From positions 10,862,894 through 10,926,893 of the forward strand of contig CM082589.2 of NCBI GenBank assembly GCA_040954595.2: DNA of 64,000 nt, in the 5' to 3' direction. The notes beneath the pieces were generated by a model. The model worked only from the letters and a program-made list of their open reading frames with translations. It had not been told where the DNA came from and made no database searches. The stretch's first letter is position 1. Each line of letters begins with the position of its first letter. Positions 1-11,745 of this stretch are shown here, piece by piece. The translations under genes and the position numbers were made by a program. Origin of the DNA: Balanoglossus misakiensis (Eukaryota > Animalia > Hemichordata).

Positions 1-254
1 GGTTTTTATTGCACAAGATCTTTTTATTGCATCCATGTTTCTTTTCATTCTGGATAATAGTCTGTCTAAATAAGTTAACAGGCTTGATGAGGGTTATTTT
101 AAACAGCGTTCTCAAAAAACCTGCAATGTCATGCCCTATATTTATAAAGTTGAGGAGAGGTTGTATTCCTAGCAGGATGTTGAAATCATTGGAGGACAAA
201 CCCTGCCAGTACCAAAAGTTGCTGGGTGTTATAAATGTTTGAGTAACCCCCCCC

Positions 255-905
255 CCCCCCTTCCCCAATAACACAATATATACTAAAACATTTTTACAAC
301 ATCTTACTCAGTTTACCCTTAGGAATATGCCTACCAAATCAATCTGGCATGCAGTTTTAAAGAAAAAAAAATGACCAAAAGTGGCAAAAATTGCTCAAAA
401 TTAAAATATGCAAATTTTTCAACAATTTGAACAAAACTTTGGTTACTCAGACAACCATTAGAAGCTTCATACTAAAATTCAAAGAATGAGGCCTATAACT
501 TTAAGAAATGATGATTTCTTTACCAATAATGTGGAATAATACAAAAAATGCATAAAAGATTTTTGGCATAAAAAATTAAAAATCGATAATATTAGCTCAA
601 AACATACAGGACTGTTTGAGGTAGACATAAGGTACATGCATACTGATTTTCAAATGAATGTGACCAGTGGTTGTTGAGTTTGAGTTTTGACCAATTTCAC
701 ATTTTCCTAGCTAATTTGCATATTTTTGGCAATGACAGCTTCATTTGAACAAACTCCAATCTTCAGCCTGGCCTGCATCTACACACCAAATATCGAGGTC
801 ATATGCCCAGCGGTTTTCAAGTTTGTGATGTGGACGGACATACAGACATACATACATACATCCACCGATATCATAAGGTCCCATGGTAAAGCAAATGGGA
901 CCTTA
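255..905 (+). mobile_element. Helentron/DINE-1-like non-autonomous element (HINE-like)
   Basis: A-tract modular body, (CATA/CAGA)n microsatellite at ~836-860, terminal hairpin taaggtcccat...atgggacctta at 874-905. Left boundary approximate. Confidence 0.6.
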
Positions 906-1399
906 CAAAACTATGATAACTCAGATCACCTATGAAGCTTCATACTAAATTTCAAATAAGTCAGCTGATCAATTCCAGAAAAGCAGATTTTCTACCGATA
1001 ATGTGGAAAGAGACAAAAAATACATAAAAAATCGAAAATTCACATTAGCTCACGACATATAGAACTGTGTGAGGTTAACATAACTTACAGGAATACCAAT
1101 TTTCAATTTTGAAAGCAATTTGCTCAGTAGTTGTCGAGTTCCCGAGTTTGGACGAATTTGACACTTTCCCAGCTAATTTGCATATTTTGGCAATGACAAC
1201 TTCATTTTGACAACTCCCACTTAATGCCCTGCCTGCATCTCCACACTAAATATCAAGGTCACATGCCAGTGGTTTCCAAGTGTTTGATATTGATAGACAT
1301 ACAGACAAACATCCATACAGACATCCATATATACAGGTGCAACTGATCCCATAAGGTCCCATGGTATAAATACATATACCTGCACCAAATGGGACCTAA
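906..1399 (+). mobile_element. HINE-like element, second tandem copy
   Basis: Body homologous to 450-905; microsatellite followed by hairpin aggtcccat...atgggacct at ~1354-1397. Confidence 0.6.
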
Positions 1400-1446
1400 T
1401 AATTCTGATAAAATGCCTACATAGTAAGTTTAAAAACCAATTGTAC

Positions 1447-1471
1447 CTTCAACGTCCTTGGACAACAATGG
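1447..1471 (-). CDS. Candidate micro-exon C' (25 nt, PLLSKDVE|G)
   Basis: AG/GT bounded (taatattAG...GTacaa); differs from paralog 8714-8762 by an in-frame 24-nt indel. Splice signals are weak. Confidence 0.3.
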
Positions 1472-2095
1472 CTAATATTACTTGCCAAGGGCGACTAGAA
1501 TTTTGGGGGCCTGATGCAATTCTGATACATGTACTTCATGATTTAGAGATATTGTGAAAATCCTGTCAACCGAATTACAGGGAAATCAGATTTTCCATGT
1601 AAAATCATATCACCCAAAAATGTCAAGTGTCGAAAATAATTTTGAAACAAAAGTCTACTCAAAATCATACCAAAATTTAAATTTTAAAGCAGTACGTTAG
1701 GCAAGCAATTTGAGAATGAAGAAACTTACAAAAAAATTATAAATTGAAAATAACTTACAAATGCCGTACACAAACTTACAATCACTACCATATTACTGTA
1801 CAAGTTAAAAGGACATTGTACCAGCAGAGACATTGCGATCGAGCAATCCCCAAGATATACATGACATGGTCTAATTACAAATATTGAATATGTAAAATAG
1901 GTACACAACACTTCCATTCTTTCAGTACAGTCAGCTGCTTGTTAACAATAGGCATGTAGCTATTTCATCAAATTTACAGCCCAAGTCATGCCTATACAAT
2001 TCTCCCTTAAGCTACCCTAAGTGAGTGATGAAAATCTCATATGGTCGACAATTGATGGCCGATTTTTGCCATGTTAAAGAAATGGGAGTTCATAA

Positions 2096-2886
2096 GGCTG
2101 CATTCACAAACACCTCTGGAGAGGGGGGGGGGCAGGAGAATTGAGCGGGGGGGGGATTTGAAAAAATTGAAGGTATGTAAGGGGGGATTTGAAATAATTT
2201 AGGGACTGAAAGGGGGGACTTGAAAACTTTGACGACTAAATATTTATTTTGAGTCCACAAAAATGCAGTTTCGCGCCCTTTATTTTACACCCCCTCCCAC
2301 ACCCACCCCCCTCCATTCATCAACACCTTTCAATCATTAACTGGTTTATCTAGTGTCCCATGTCAGGGGACTTGCCCCCACCCCATGATAACTTTGAGCG
2401 GCGACGGTTAAATTTATCCTCCCCAACATACTGGTAGTTGAGTTAATTTGCTTTTGCCGGGTTCATAAAAATGCAGCTTTGAGCTCTGTATTTTATAAAA
2501 TTTTCTTACGTGGGAGGGGGACACCCCTTCCCACACCCACCCCCTTCAATTCCCGGTTTACAATGTCTCCCAACACAGAATACAAATACTTAAAAAATAA
2601 AAACCATGTTCAGTTTTAATACCCACTGATGAGGGGGGAAACATCAGTTTCAAAGTCTTTTCATGGGAGCGCTGTTTTTCTTTTTTACAAGATAGATAAG
2701 TGATGTGTTTTGCTCTGTGAAAGAAAATGGGGGGGGGGGATTTTAAAATTTTGGCAGTTCAGAAGGGGGTGGGGGATTTGAAAATATTTCGGGTTGTGTA
2801 CAGGGGGGGGGCATGTGAAAATTAGCAGTAAAAAAATTGAATTCTCCCCCCCCCCCCCCCATCCAGAGGTGTTTGTGAATGGAGCC
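2096..2886. mobile_element. PIF/Harbinger-type MITE (791 bp)
   Basis: TIR ggctgcattcacaaacacctctgga / tccagaggtgtttgtgaatggagcc, TAA TSD at 2093-2095 and 2887-2889, empty site gagttcaTAAgctaaa at ~9398 in the paralog. Confidence 0.9.
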
Positions 2887-3317
2887 TAAGCTAAAGCTAA
2901 AGTGATAATGGGTCATAACAGACAAAATAACAAAATGTGAAAAACATTTAATGAGTTTAATATGCTAACTACGGAGACAGACATGTTTGACCAAAGCATG
3001 AAATACACAAAATGTATCATTTCTTCCACCTCTTACTACAGTGGGTTGTAGACTTTTCGCCCAGAATGCAATGTGATTTGACCCCCTAGCGCAAAGTGAA
3101 AACCTATTTAAGGCAGCCAGAATTTTCTGCATAGTATGACGGAAACATTTGTAAAGTCATGGCTAGCGTGGGCTGGTAAGTTTATATGGGGCTCTCCATG
3201 ATAACCAGTTGTGGCTTACCACCACCATAATTTTGAAAGGGCGACTTCACTATTTGATGGGAAAAGGTAGCCTTTACAAACAAGCTATGGAGCATGTATA
3301 CAGCAAGTTGTGCTTAC

Positions 3318-3390
3318 CGGAAAGCGGTCTTGGATCAGGCCTAGGTATTCTCTTCCTCCTCCGGCATACGTTGAAATGCTGTGTTTAAGA
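3318..3390 (-). CDS. Candidate micro-exon A' (73 nt; only open frame LKHSISTYAGGGREYLGLIQDRFP)
   Basis: Minus strand: branch-like TACTAAT, acceptor ttgattcacAG, donor GTAAGC. One substitution vs 10054-10126. Confidence 0.55.
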
Positions 3391-4567
3391 CTGTGAATCA
3401 AATATATGCTTATCAATTAGTAACCAATCAACCTTGCTTTAGAATTATTTGGGCCATACTAATTAGTGAAAATATGCAAAACATGGTATAATATAGGGTC
3501 AGACTGTGCTGCGATAATGTACGTGGAATACGAATCAGAGAAATCTGTAACAGCGATCTTGAAACTCCATTTACATCAGTACTGCAGTAAAGTGGTCCAC
3601 ATGGGTATACCACAAACATGGCAGTTAGGTGACAAGTGAAACTGACATCATATCTGTAAACGACAGGTGTACACACACTTTGACATCTACGTAACACTGT
3701 ACAATGATTTCTTAATGTTTGTTGTGAAAATGAAACTTACATTTGATCCACCTCACTTTTCATACAACTGATTAGCGCAAGAATGTAAATTGTTGGCAAT
3801 TATAAAACATTTATTTTACTATAGAAAAGTAAGCCTGTACATTTAAACTTTGAATATCAGTATACTAAAATGTTTCAAACGTGGCTGTCAGTATATCTCA
3901 TGGCATGGTGGCAGAAGTACATGTTGTTACCAGGGAAGACACATTGAACATAGACAAGCGCACTAGTCGCTTGGTGATTTTTCATCTAGATTCTCAAAAC
4001 TTTCTGTGCATTTGGTAGCTTTGAGCAAGTTTCTGGTACTGAGCTGAGTTTCGAATTTGGAACTGGGCTGCTTTGGCTTTGATTACCATGGGCCAATATG
4101 ATCTTATGCACACATTTTTGAAAAAAACTCCAGCCTGTTTGTGTCGTGATCTATATTTTTCTTTGTGGCCTAAGGTATTGTTTTATTTCACTATAAACAA
4201 CATTACTTTCCTTCATGTGTCTATATATTATAATAGATCTCTTAGCCAGTTTGATGAAGCATAGTGTTGGACTAGCACACTTTCAGCCAAAATTACGGTA
4301 TCTCCCCGTGTATTGGTATGGGAGTAATTTCTAGCTATATGGTTAAGGAAATGCATCCAAATTTAATTTATGCTTCACATGAAGATTTGAACTTGACCAT
4401 TTAATTCATGTCATCACGATCATATCACAGGCAATCGAGGCTAGAATTCGAAGGAAAAAAGTATTGATAACTGGAAGGTGTAAATTAGTTCGTAGACATA
4501 CATTGTTTCCTATTGTTTCGGTTGTGCCACGCCCGATAAAAGCAAATATACAGCAAGTCATGCTTAC

Positions 4568-4642
4568 CATTGAGCGGTCTTAAACTCGCCCCAGACGAGG
4601 AAGAGAATCCCGAGTTGAAATGCAGACAATTTCAGGCAGCAT
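4568..4642 (-). CDS. Candidate micro-exon B' (75 nt; only open frame CCLKLSAFQLGILFLVWGEFKTAQ)
   Basis: Perfect TACTAAC branch point, acceptor ttgattcacAG, donor GTAAGC. Three of four differences from 11053-11127 are synonymous in this frame. Confidence 0.55.
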
Positions 4643-5129
4643 CTGTGAATCAAATAGATATAGAAGTTAGTAACCAGTCATAGTAGCTCTAAGTTGGGTG
4701 TAAAAGTCTAAGTTGGGTGTACTAACTCTCCTTGTTAACAGTAACTTTCAAAGAAACTGAGCAATTGGTTAAAAAGATTTGCTATCCAAAAACAAAGAAA
4801 TTTACAACAAACTACCTAAATATTGACAACCAGAATTTAATCAAAGTTGCACATACATGTACATGTGTTATGAAATTGTTAACTAACTTCCAAAGCAATC
4901 AGGAACCAGATATTAACTGAATATGCTCACGTGCAGTACTGTGATTGGTTGACAGAATAACAAGATTAGAAAAACCAGTTTTAAACCATTTTGGTTTATA
5001 GTGTATATGGTGTAAGGGTTGTGTGTTGCACCATTGTGAAATGTAAACATGTTTGTGGAATTGTTGCCTTGTCAATTTTTGTAAGGGGTTATGAGTCATG
5101 TACCCCATCCTGAACTGCATAAAAATAAT

Positions 5130-6085
5130 AAGTCTATGGAATTCTAAAACTCTTTGATCAAAAATGGCAAGACATATACCAAAAAGTATGAATATTTCAC
5201 CAGATTTCAACAAATCTGATTTCTGTTCATGCCTAAGAACCTCTTTAACAAGTTTCAATAAGGAAGACATTTTGGCAAACAACAGGAAATTCAGACAAAT
5301 CTGACTGATATCACATATATGAATTCCCATTCAAAGTTTCCAACCAATTGGACTTGTGGTATTACCGAAGACTATTTGGCCAAACCCTGCAGAAATTCCC
5401 AAAAAATACAATTATGCAAATTTCATTACAATTTGATCATATCTGACTGAGATCACCCCTAGAAACCCAAATACAAAGTATCAAAACAATTGCACCTACA
5501 TTTCACAGGATTGGATTTTTTGGCAAAAACAGGAAATATTGCCCAAAAATGCATTTTTGCAAATTTCACCACCGTTTGCACAAATGTGATTCAGGTAAGA
5601 CCTATGAACCTCCATACCAAGTTTCCAATCAATTGGACATGTAATTTCAGAGAAAATTTTTTTTTAACAAAACTGCAGAAAATTCCCCAAAAAATTCATA
5701 AAAAATAGGAAACGCCAGATACTGACTCCACCTGAACAAAATCATACGAGGTCTTCCCAAAGTACTTGCACACCAATGCACGCCAATTTTTAACTTAATC
5801 TGATCCGCTGTTATTAAGTTTTTCAATTTTGACTATTTGAACATTTTTCCAGTTAATACCAGTATGCATTTTTTCGCAATAACAATTTCTATGTACACAC
5901 TAAATATCAGTAGTTTCAAGTTTTTGATGTTGATGGACATACACATACATACATCAATACATTAAGACGAAACTAATCCATTCACAAAATACATAATTCT
6001 GTATGAGGCACACATACAGACATACATAGCCGACGGACACCAACTTATGCTATAAGCTGACATTTATATACATGTTAGCCAAAAA
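5130..6085 (+). mobile_element. HINE-like element with internal A-tract subrepeats
   Basis: Repeated module aagtttccaa.caattggac.tgt (~5333, ~5620), (CATA)n tracts, degenerate terminal hairpin agctgacat...atgttagcc at ~6055-6080. Confidence 0.5.
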
Positions 6086-6740
6086 CCAAAATCAACCTCA
6101 AAATAGACATTAAAATATATTGCACCACCATGAGAAGACAAATTCATTTTTTGACAAATTTTCTGGGGCGTCATTGATATAGCATGGCATATTGTCAAAG
6201 TACGTAGGCTCTGTGATAAGATTCCATACACACAAAATGGTAACCTTGGAAGTCCAGCTGACGTAGTTATGCAATGGCGTCTCGTGTATTCCGTCGCCAA
6301 AAAATCATCGTAAACTAATTGATAGTCGGGGTCACAATTCAAGACGACTTTCTCTAAATTCTTTATGAATGGATTAAATCGAAATCGAAATGTTGACGTA
6401 TGACATACGGAATGAGATCTGAACAGACATTCAATGTTATCATTCTCGCTCGATCACATATTGGGTAGGCCATCTAGCAATCGCTATATAGTATTGGCGA
6501 TAACAGACTGTCTATAAACACACAAAACGGATTTTACTGTTGAGTGTGATCAACCGCCATGTTATTTTTCTCTGAACAATAGACAAATAGAAAGCCTGGT
6601 GACATTTTGAGATTGACTGCGTGAGGACCACAATATGCGTGAATCATTTACGGTTTGTCTTGATGAATGGGTCACGTCATAGTCATAACGCGGATTCGGC
6701 TGCACGCCAACTATCCGCCATATTGTCTCCACTAACTTAC

Positions 6741-6789
6741 TCGTAAGTAGTTTCAAACTTCATTTGAAAAGAGTATTCGTCTGACGGTC
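6741..6789 (-). CDS. Candidate micro-exon D (49 nt; G|PSDEYSFQMKFETTY|E)
   Basis: Acceptor ttgttaatctacAG, consensus donor GTAAGT, one open frame (phase 1 to 2) that fits between C and B'. Confidence 0.35.
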
Positions 6790-6889
6790 CTGTAGATTAA
6801 CAATTTACGCTCTATGAAGCAACTAAACAACGTTAGCTTCCTTGTGGATTCACGTAGGGAAGTCATTCGTAACGACGGGTACAGCGTCT

Positions 6890-7238
6890 GAGCATGGACA
6901 GAACCACGGCAATATCGCCAGGAATGTCTCATTTCACAGCGCCCTCAAACAGTCGATCTCCTCAAACTATCGTTTCCACTGGTCATATATGCAGCATTAA
7001 CGAAAGCTCTCATAGACAACCATGTAATAGAAAAATTAAAACTTTAATAACTTCATTAATATCAAAGCCACACCCACCAAAACCTTTTCAGTTCTTGCCA
7101 TATGATATCTGAACCTGTGTACTAAATTTGGTTGAAATCGGTTCAGCGGTTCTTGAGATATCGGGTATACAGACAGACACACACATACACAGACATCGCT
7201 AAACTATAAGCTCACGTGATTTTCAGGTGAGCTAAAAA
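6890..7238 (+). mobile_element. HINE/Pearl-like element
   Basis: (ACAG/AC)n at 7169-7195, then hairpin agctcac...gtgagct (7209-7233) and an A-run. Left end approximate. Confidence 0.6.
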
Positions 7239-8580
7239 TTGGGTTACCCCTAGGAATATTCCTACCATATTTCAAAGCCATCAAAAAAGCAGTTTCAAAG
7301 AAAAACACATTTGTTCAAAAGTGGCAAAAACACAAATATGCAAACATCTCTATAATTGTACACCATCTTACTTCAATCACTACAAGGAACATTCCTGCCA
7401 AAATTCAAAGCAATCTGACAAGGGTTTGAACGGTTTAACAGAAAACAGTTTTTGACAAAGATTGCAAAAAATATCCCCAATAACACAAGCACGCAGTTTT
7501 AACCATTTTTATGACATCTTCCTTGGGTTACCCCTGGGAATCTGCCTACCAAATTGCAAAGCATTCTGACCATAATTGGCAAAATTGCTCAAAATTATAA
7601 ATATGCCTATTTTACAACAATCTGAACAAAAAATATGGTAACTCGGACCACCCATAGGAAGCTTCATACTAAATTTCGAAGGAGTCGGACTATCGCTTTC
7701 AGAAGTGAAGATTTTTTTTTACCAATAATGTGGAAAAAGACAAAAAAAATTAATAAACATTAGAAAATTCATAATATTAGCTCACAACATACAGGACTGT
7801 ATGGGGTTCATTGACATACCAATCTGACCAGTGGTTGTCAAGTTTCTGACTTTTGACCAATTTCACATTTACACAGGTAATATTTTGGCAATGACAATTT
7901 CATTTGAACAAAATCCCATCTACAGCCCCGCCTGCATCTACACACTAAATATGGAAGTGATATGCCCAGCGGTTTTCATCCATTCACTCATACATACAAA
8001 TGCAACTGATTCCATAAGGTCCCAATCGTATATATGTACATAAACCAAATGGGACCTAAAAATTGCTCCAAAATTATAAATACGCAATTTTTGGCAACAA
8101 TTTAAACAAAACTATGGTTGGTAACTCAGATCACCTATGAAGCTTCATAATAAATTTCAAACAAGTCAGCTGATCAATTCCAGAAAAGTAGGTTTTTACC
8201 GACAATGTGGAAAGAGAAAAAAAAAATGCTTAAAAATAGAAAATTCACATTATTAGCTCACAACATGTAGAATTGTGAGAGGATACCATAAGGTACATGC
8301 ATACCAATTATCAATTTTGAAAGCAATTTGCCCAGTAGTTGTTGAGTTCCCAAGTTTTGACGAATTTGACACTTTCCCAGCTAATTTGCATATTTTGGCA
8401 ATGACAACTTCACTTAGACAAACTCCCATCTACTGCCCTGTCTGCACATTAAATATCAAGGTGAAATGCCAGTAGTTTCCAAATGTTTGATGTTGATGGA
8501 CATACAAACATCCATACATACAGGTGCAACTGATCCCGTAAGGTACCATGGTATAAATACATATACCAAATGGGACCTAA
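7239..8580 (+). mobile_element. Two tandem HINE-like elements (paralogs of 255-1399)
   Basis: Terminal hairpins ending atgggacctaa at ~8059 and 8580; bodies homologous to 255-1399. Confidence 0.6.
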
Positions 8581-8713
8581 TAATTCTGATAAAATGCGTA
8601 CATACGTACATACATACAAGTCAGCAATAAGGAGACGGGATAGTGGGCTGGCACTGAGTGTCTATTTCTATTGCAAATTATAAACATGCAGCAAGTGTAA
8701 AAACCACATGTAC

Positions 8714-8762
8714 CTTCAACGTCCTTGGACAACACATTTTTGTAACTTTCCCAGATCAATGG
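8714..8762 (-). CDS. Candidate micro-exon C (49 nt; PLIWESYKNVLSKDVE|G)
   Basis: AG/GT bounded, single open frame (phase 0 to 1) continuing exon A; weak polypyrimidine tract. Confidence 0.3.
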
Positions 8763-10053
8763 CTAATATTACTTGCCAAAGGCGACTAGAATTTTGAGGG
8801 CCTGATGCAAGTCTGATACATGTACTTCATGATTTAGAGATATGATGAAAATCCTGTCAACCGAATTACAGGGAAATCAGATTTTCCATGTAAAATCATA
8901 TCACCCAAAAGTGTCAAAAATAATTTTGAAACAAAAAGTCTACTCAAAATCATACCAAAATTTAAATGTTAATGCAGTACGTTAGGCAAGCAATTTGAGA
9001 ATGAAGAAACTTACAAAATAATTTATAAATTGTAAATAATTTACAAATGCCGCACACAAACTTACAATTACTACCATATTACTGAACATGTTAAAAGGAC
9101 ATTGTACCAGCAGAGACATTGTGATCGAGCAATCCCCAAGATATACATGACATGGTCTAATTACAAATATTGAATATGTAAAATATGTACACAACACTTC
9201 CAGTCTTACAGTACAGTCAGCTGCTTGTGAACAATAGTCATGTAGCTATTTCATCAAATTTACAGCCCAAGTCTTGCCTATACAATTCTCCCTACTTTAA
9301 ACACGTTTTAAGCTACCCTAAATGAGTGATGAAAATCTCATACGGTCGATAATTTCAAGATGGCCGATTTTTGCCATGTTAAAGAAATGGGAGTTCATAA
9401 GCTAAAATGATGATGGGTCATTCTTGAACTTTTTAACAGAAAAAATAGCAAAAGTGAAAAAAAGTTTAATATGCTAACTACCGAGACAGAAATGTTTGAC
9501 CGAAGGAAGTCATGAAATACAGTAAACATATCATTTCTTCTATCTCTTACTACAGTTGGTTATGGACTTTCCGCCCAGAATGCAATGAGATTTGACACCT
9601 AGCGCAAAGTGAAAAACCTATTTAAGGCAGCCAGAATTTTCTGCATAGTATGACGGAAACATTTGTAAAGTCATGGCTAGCATGGGTTGGCAGGTTTATG
9701 GGACCCGCTCAGGTTCCCTCGAATAACACATAATGCATGATTGGTGACTGATTATTGTTTATTTGTTGATTTTGTCACATTTTCAGAAAAATCCCTATCA
9801 ATCAGTCATATTTGTTTGGCCTTGCTATACAGTGCAATATGAATCTTGTTGACTGAAATTGTTGAGGATAGTGGTACATAAAGGTTACCAATTGGAAAAT
9901 ATTAAAATGATTATTAGTGGTGTCCAACTCTTCATGATAACCAGTTGTGGCTTGCCACCACCATAATTTTAAAAGGGTGACTTCACTATTTGATGGGAAA
10001 AGGTAGCATTTACAAACAAGCTATGGAGCATGTATACAGCAAGGTGTGCTTAC

Positions 10054-10126
10054 CGGAAAGCGGTCTTGGATCAGGCCTAAGTATTCTCTTCCTCCTCCGG
10101 CATACGTTGAAATGCTGTGTTTAAGA
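10054..10126 (-). CDS. Candidate micro-exon A (73 nt)
   Basis: Same splice signals as 3318-3390; the only difference is CTA/TTA (Leu). Confidence 0.55.
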
Positions 10127-10464
10127 CTGTGAATCAAATATATGCAAATATTAATTAGTAACCAATCAACCTTGCTTTAGAATTATGTGGGCCATACAAA
10201 TTAGTGAAAATATGCAAAACATGGTATAATATAGGGTCAGAAAAAATTTCCAGCCTGTTTGTGTCATGATTTACATTTTTCTTTCTGGCCTAAAGTATTG
10301 TTTTATTTCACTCTAAACAACATTACTTTCCTTCATGCGTCTAATATAATAACAGATCTCTTAGCCAGTTTGATTAAGCATAGTTTTGGACTAGCACACG
10401 TTCAGCCAAAGTTAAAGTATCTCCCTGTGTATTGATATGGGAGTAATTTTAGCTATATGGTTAA

Positions 10465-10811
10465 AGGGACAAAGTCTCTCTGTCGCTGTCCTTTTTCCAT
10501 TAATTATGTTTGATACAAGACACTGTTTATGTCAATGTACATTTGGATATATAGTGAATAAATGATCAACCACACAAAACTTCCATCCCGCTTGTATGAT
10601 ATGAGAGTAAAAACTCGCCCAAAATGAATAAATGGTAAAGAACGATTATTCATTTTGGCGAGTATTTTTACTCTCGTGTCTACAAGTGGGACGGAAGTTG
10701 TGTGTGGCTGAACGTTCATTCACTATATATCTACATGTAGAATAACAAACGGTGTCTTGTATCAAATATAATTAATGGAAAAAAGGGCAGCGAGAGAGAG
10801 ACTTTGTCCCT
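10465..10811. mobile_element. Kolobok-type MITE (347 bp, largely palindromic)
   Basis: TTAA TSD at 10461-10464 and 10812-10815, TIR agggacaaagtctctct / agagagactttgtccct, empty site ggTTAAgg at 4343-4346. Confidence 0.9.
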
Positions 10812-11052
10812 TTAAGGAAATGCATCCACATTTATTTTATGCTCCACGTGAAGATTTGAACTTGTGAGTTGTCCATCTAATTCATGACATCACGATCATA
10901 TCACAAGCAATCGAGGCCAGAATTCGAAGGGGAAAAACAGGTACATTGTATTGAAAGCTGGAATATGTAAATTAGTTCGTAGACATACATTTCTTCCTAT
11001 TGTTTCGGTTGCAACACCCGATAAAAGCAAATATAAAGCAAGTCATGCTTAC

Positions 11053-11127
11053 CATTGAGCGGTCTTAAACTCGCCCCGGACAAGGAAGAGAATCCCGAGT
11101 TGAAACGCAGACAGTTTCAGGCAGCAT
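11053..11127 (-). CDS. Candidate micro-exon B (75 nt; CCLKLSAFQLGILFLVRGEFKTAQ)
   Basis: TACTAAC branch point, ttgattcacAG acceptor, GTAAGC donor. Confidence 0.55.
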
Positions 11128-11330
11128 CTGTGAATCAAATAGACATAGAAGTTAGTAACCAGTCATAGAAGTTCTGCGTGGCAGGGCTGCGTGTTAACGG
11201 CTATACCATAGCTCCCACTGGTAGCTTATAACAGTCTCAATGGTGCCAAAAATCTCCCCAACAACAAAACCAACCCTGGTCAGTTTATTCGCTATCGCTT
11301 TGCCTTAAAAGTTATACTGTAGTGTGTTAC

Positions 11331-11745
11331 CACAGGGGGCTCCTCCCTCCGCGATTTTATTGTTTGTTTGTTGTTGTTGATTGGCATAATAAACAAATAC
11401 ATATTTCATTATTAATAAATATGGTTTGTTGACATGTAAGTGTTAGGGTATATTCAACAGTTAGGGTTACTGTTGGCATTTTTTTCGATCCACGGCCCCG
11501 GGCATCACTAAGCCACAGGGGGTGGGGGGGGGGGGGTTTGGGGGGGTGATGCCGGCCATGGATCGAAAAAATGCCAACACTAATTCTAACCGTTGAATAT
11601 ACCATAACCTGTCAAATATACCCTAATAACCTAACCCTTACATGTCAACAAACCATATTTATTAATAAAGAAATATGTATTTGTTTATTATGCCAATCAA
11701 CAACAACAAACAAACAATAAAATCGCCTAGGGAGAGCCCCCTGTG
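11331..11745. mobile_element. Palindromic MITE (415 bp) with 7-bp TSD, P-element-like
   Basis: Termini cacagggggctc / gagccccctgtg, long inverted arms, TSD gtgttac at 11324-11330 and 11746-11752. Family inferred from CA..TG ends and TSD length. Confidence 0.8.

Larger units (their letters stand above)
255..4690. repeat. Segmental duplication, copy 1 (paralog of ~7475-11175)
   Basis: Long collinear near-identical blocks, e.g. 1441-2095 vs 8708-9400, 3200-3500 vs 9930-10240 and 4130-4690 vs 10250-11175, with copy-specific insertions. Confidence 0.9.
7475..11175. repeat. Segmental duplication, copy 2
   Basis: Same order of HINE-like elements, unique spacers and micro-exons as copy 1; similarity ends just after gtaaccagtcatag (~4685 / ~11170). 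Confidence 0.9.

Noticed and set aside
1726-1917. ORF also present at 8982-9197, plus a possible extra 49-nt exon inside it
   Set aside because: Conservation is explained by the recent duplication; splice signals are weak and no synonymous bias is evident.
3324-3394. Plus-strand hairpin gcggtcttgga / tttaagactgt over exon A (pre-miRNA-like)
   Set aside because: Only 11 bp with four G-U pairs and not conserved in homolog B; minus-strand splice signals explain the segment better.
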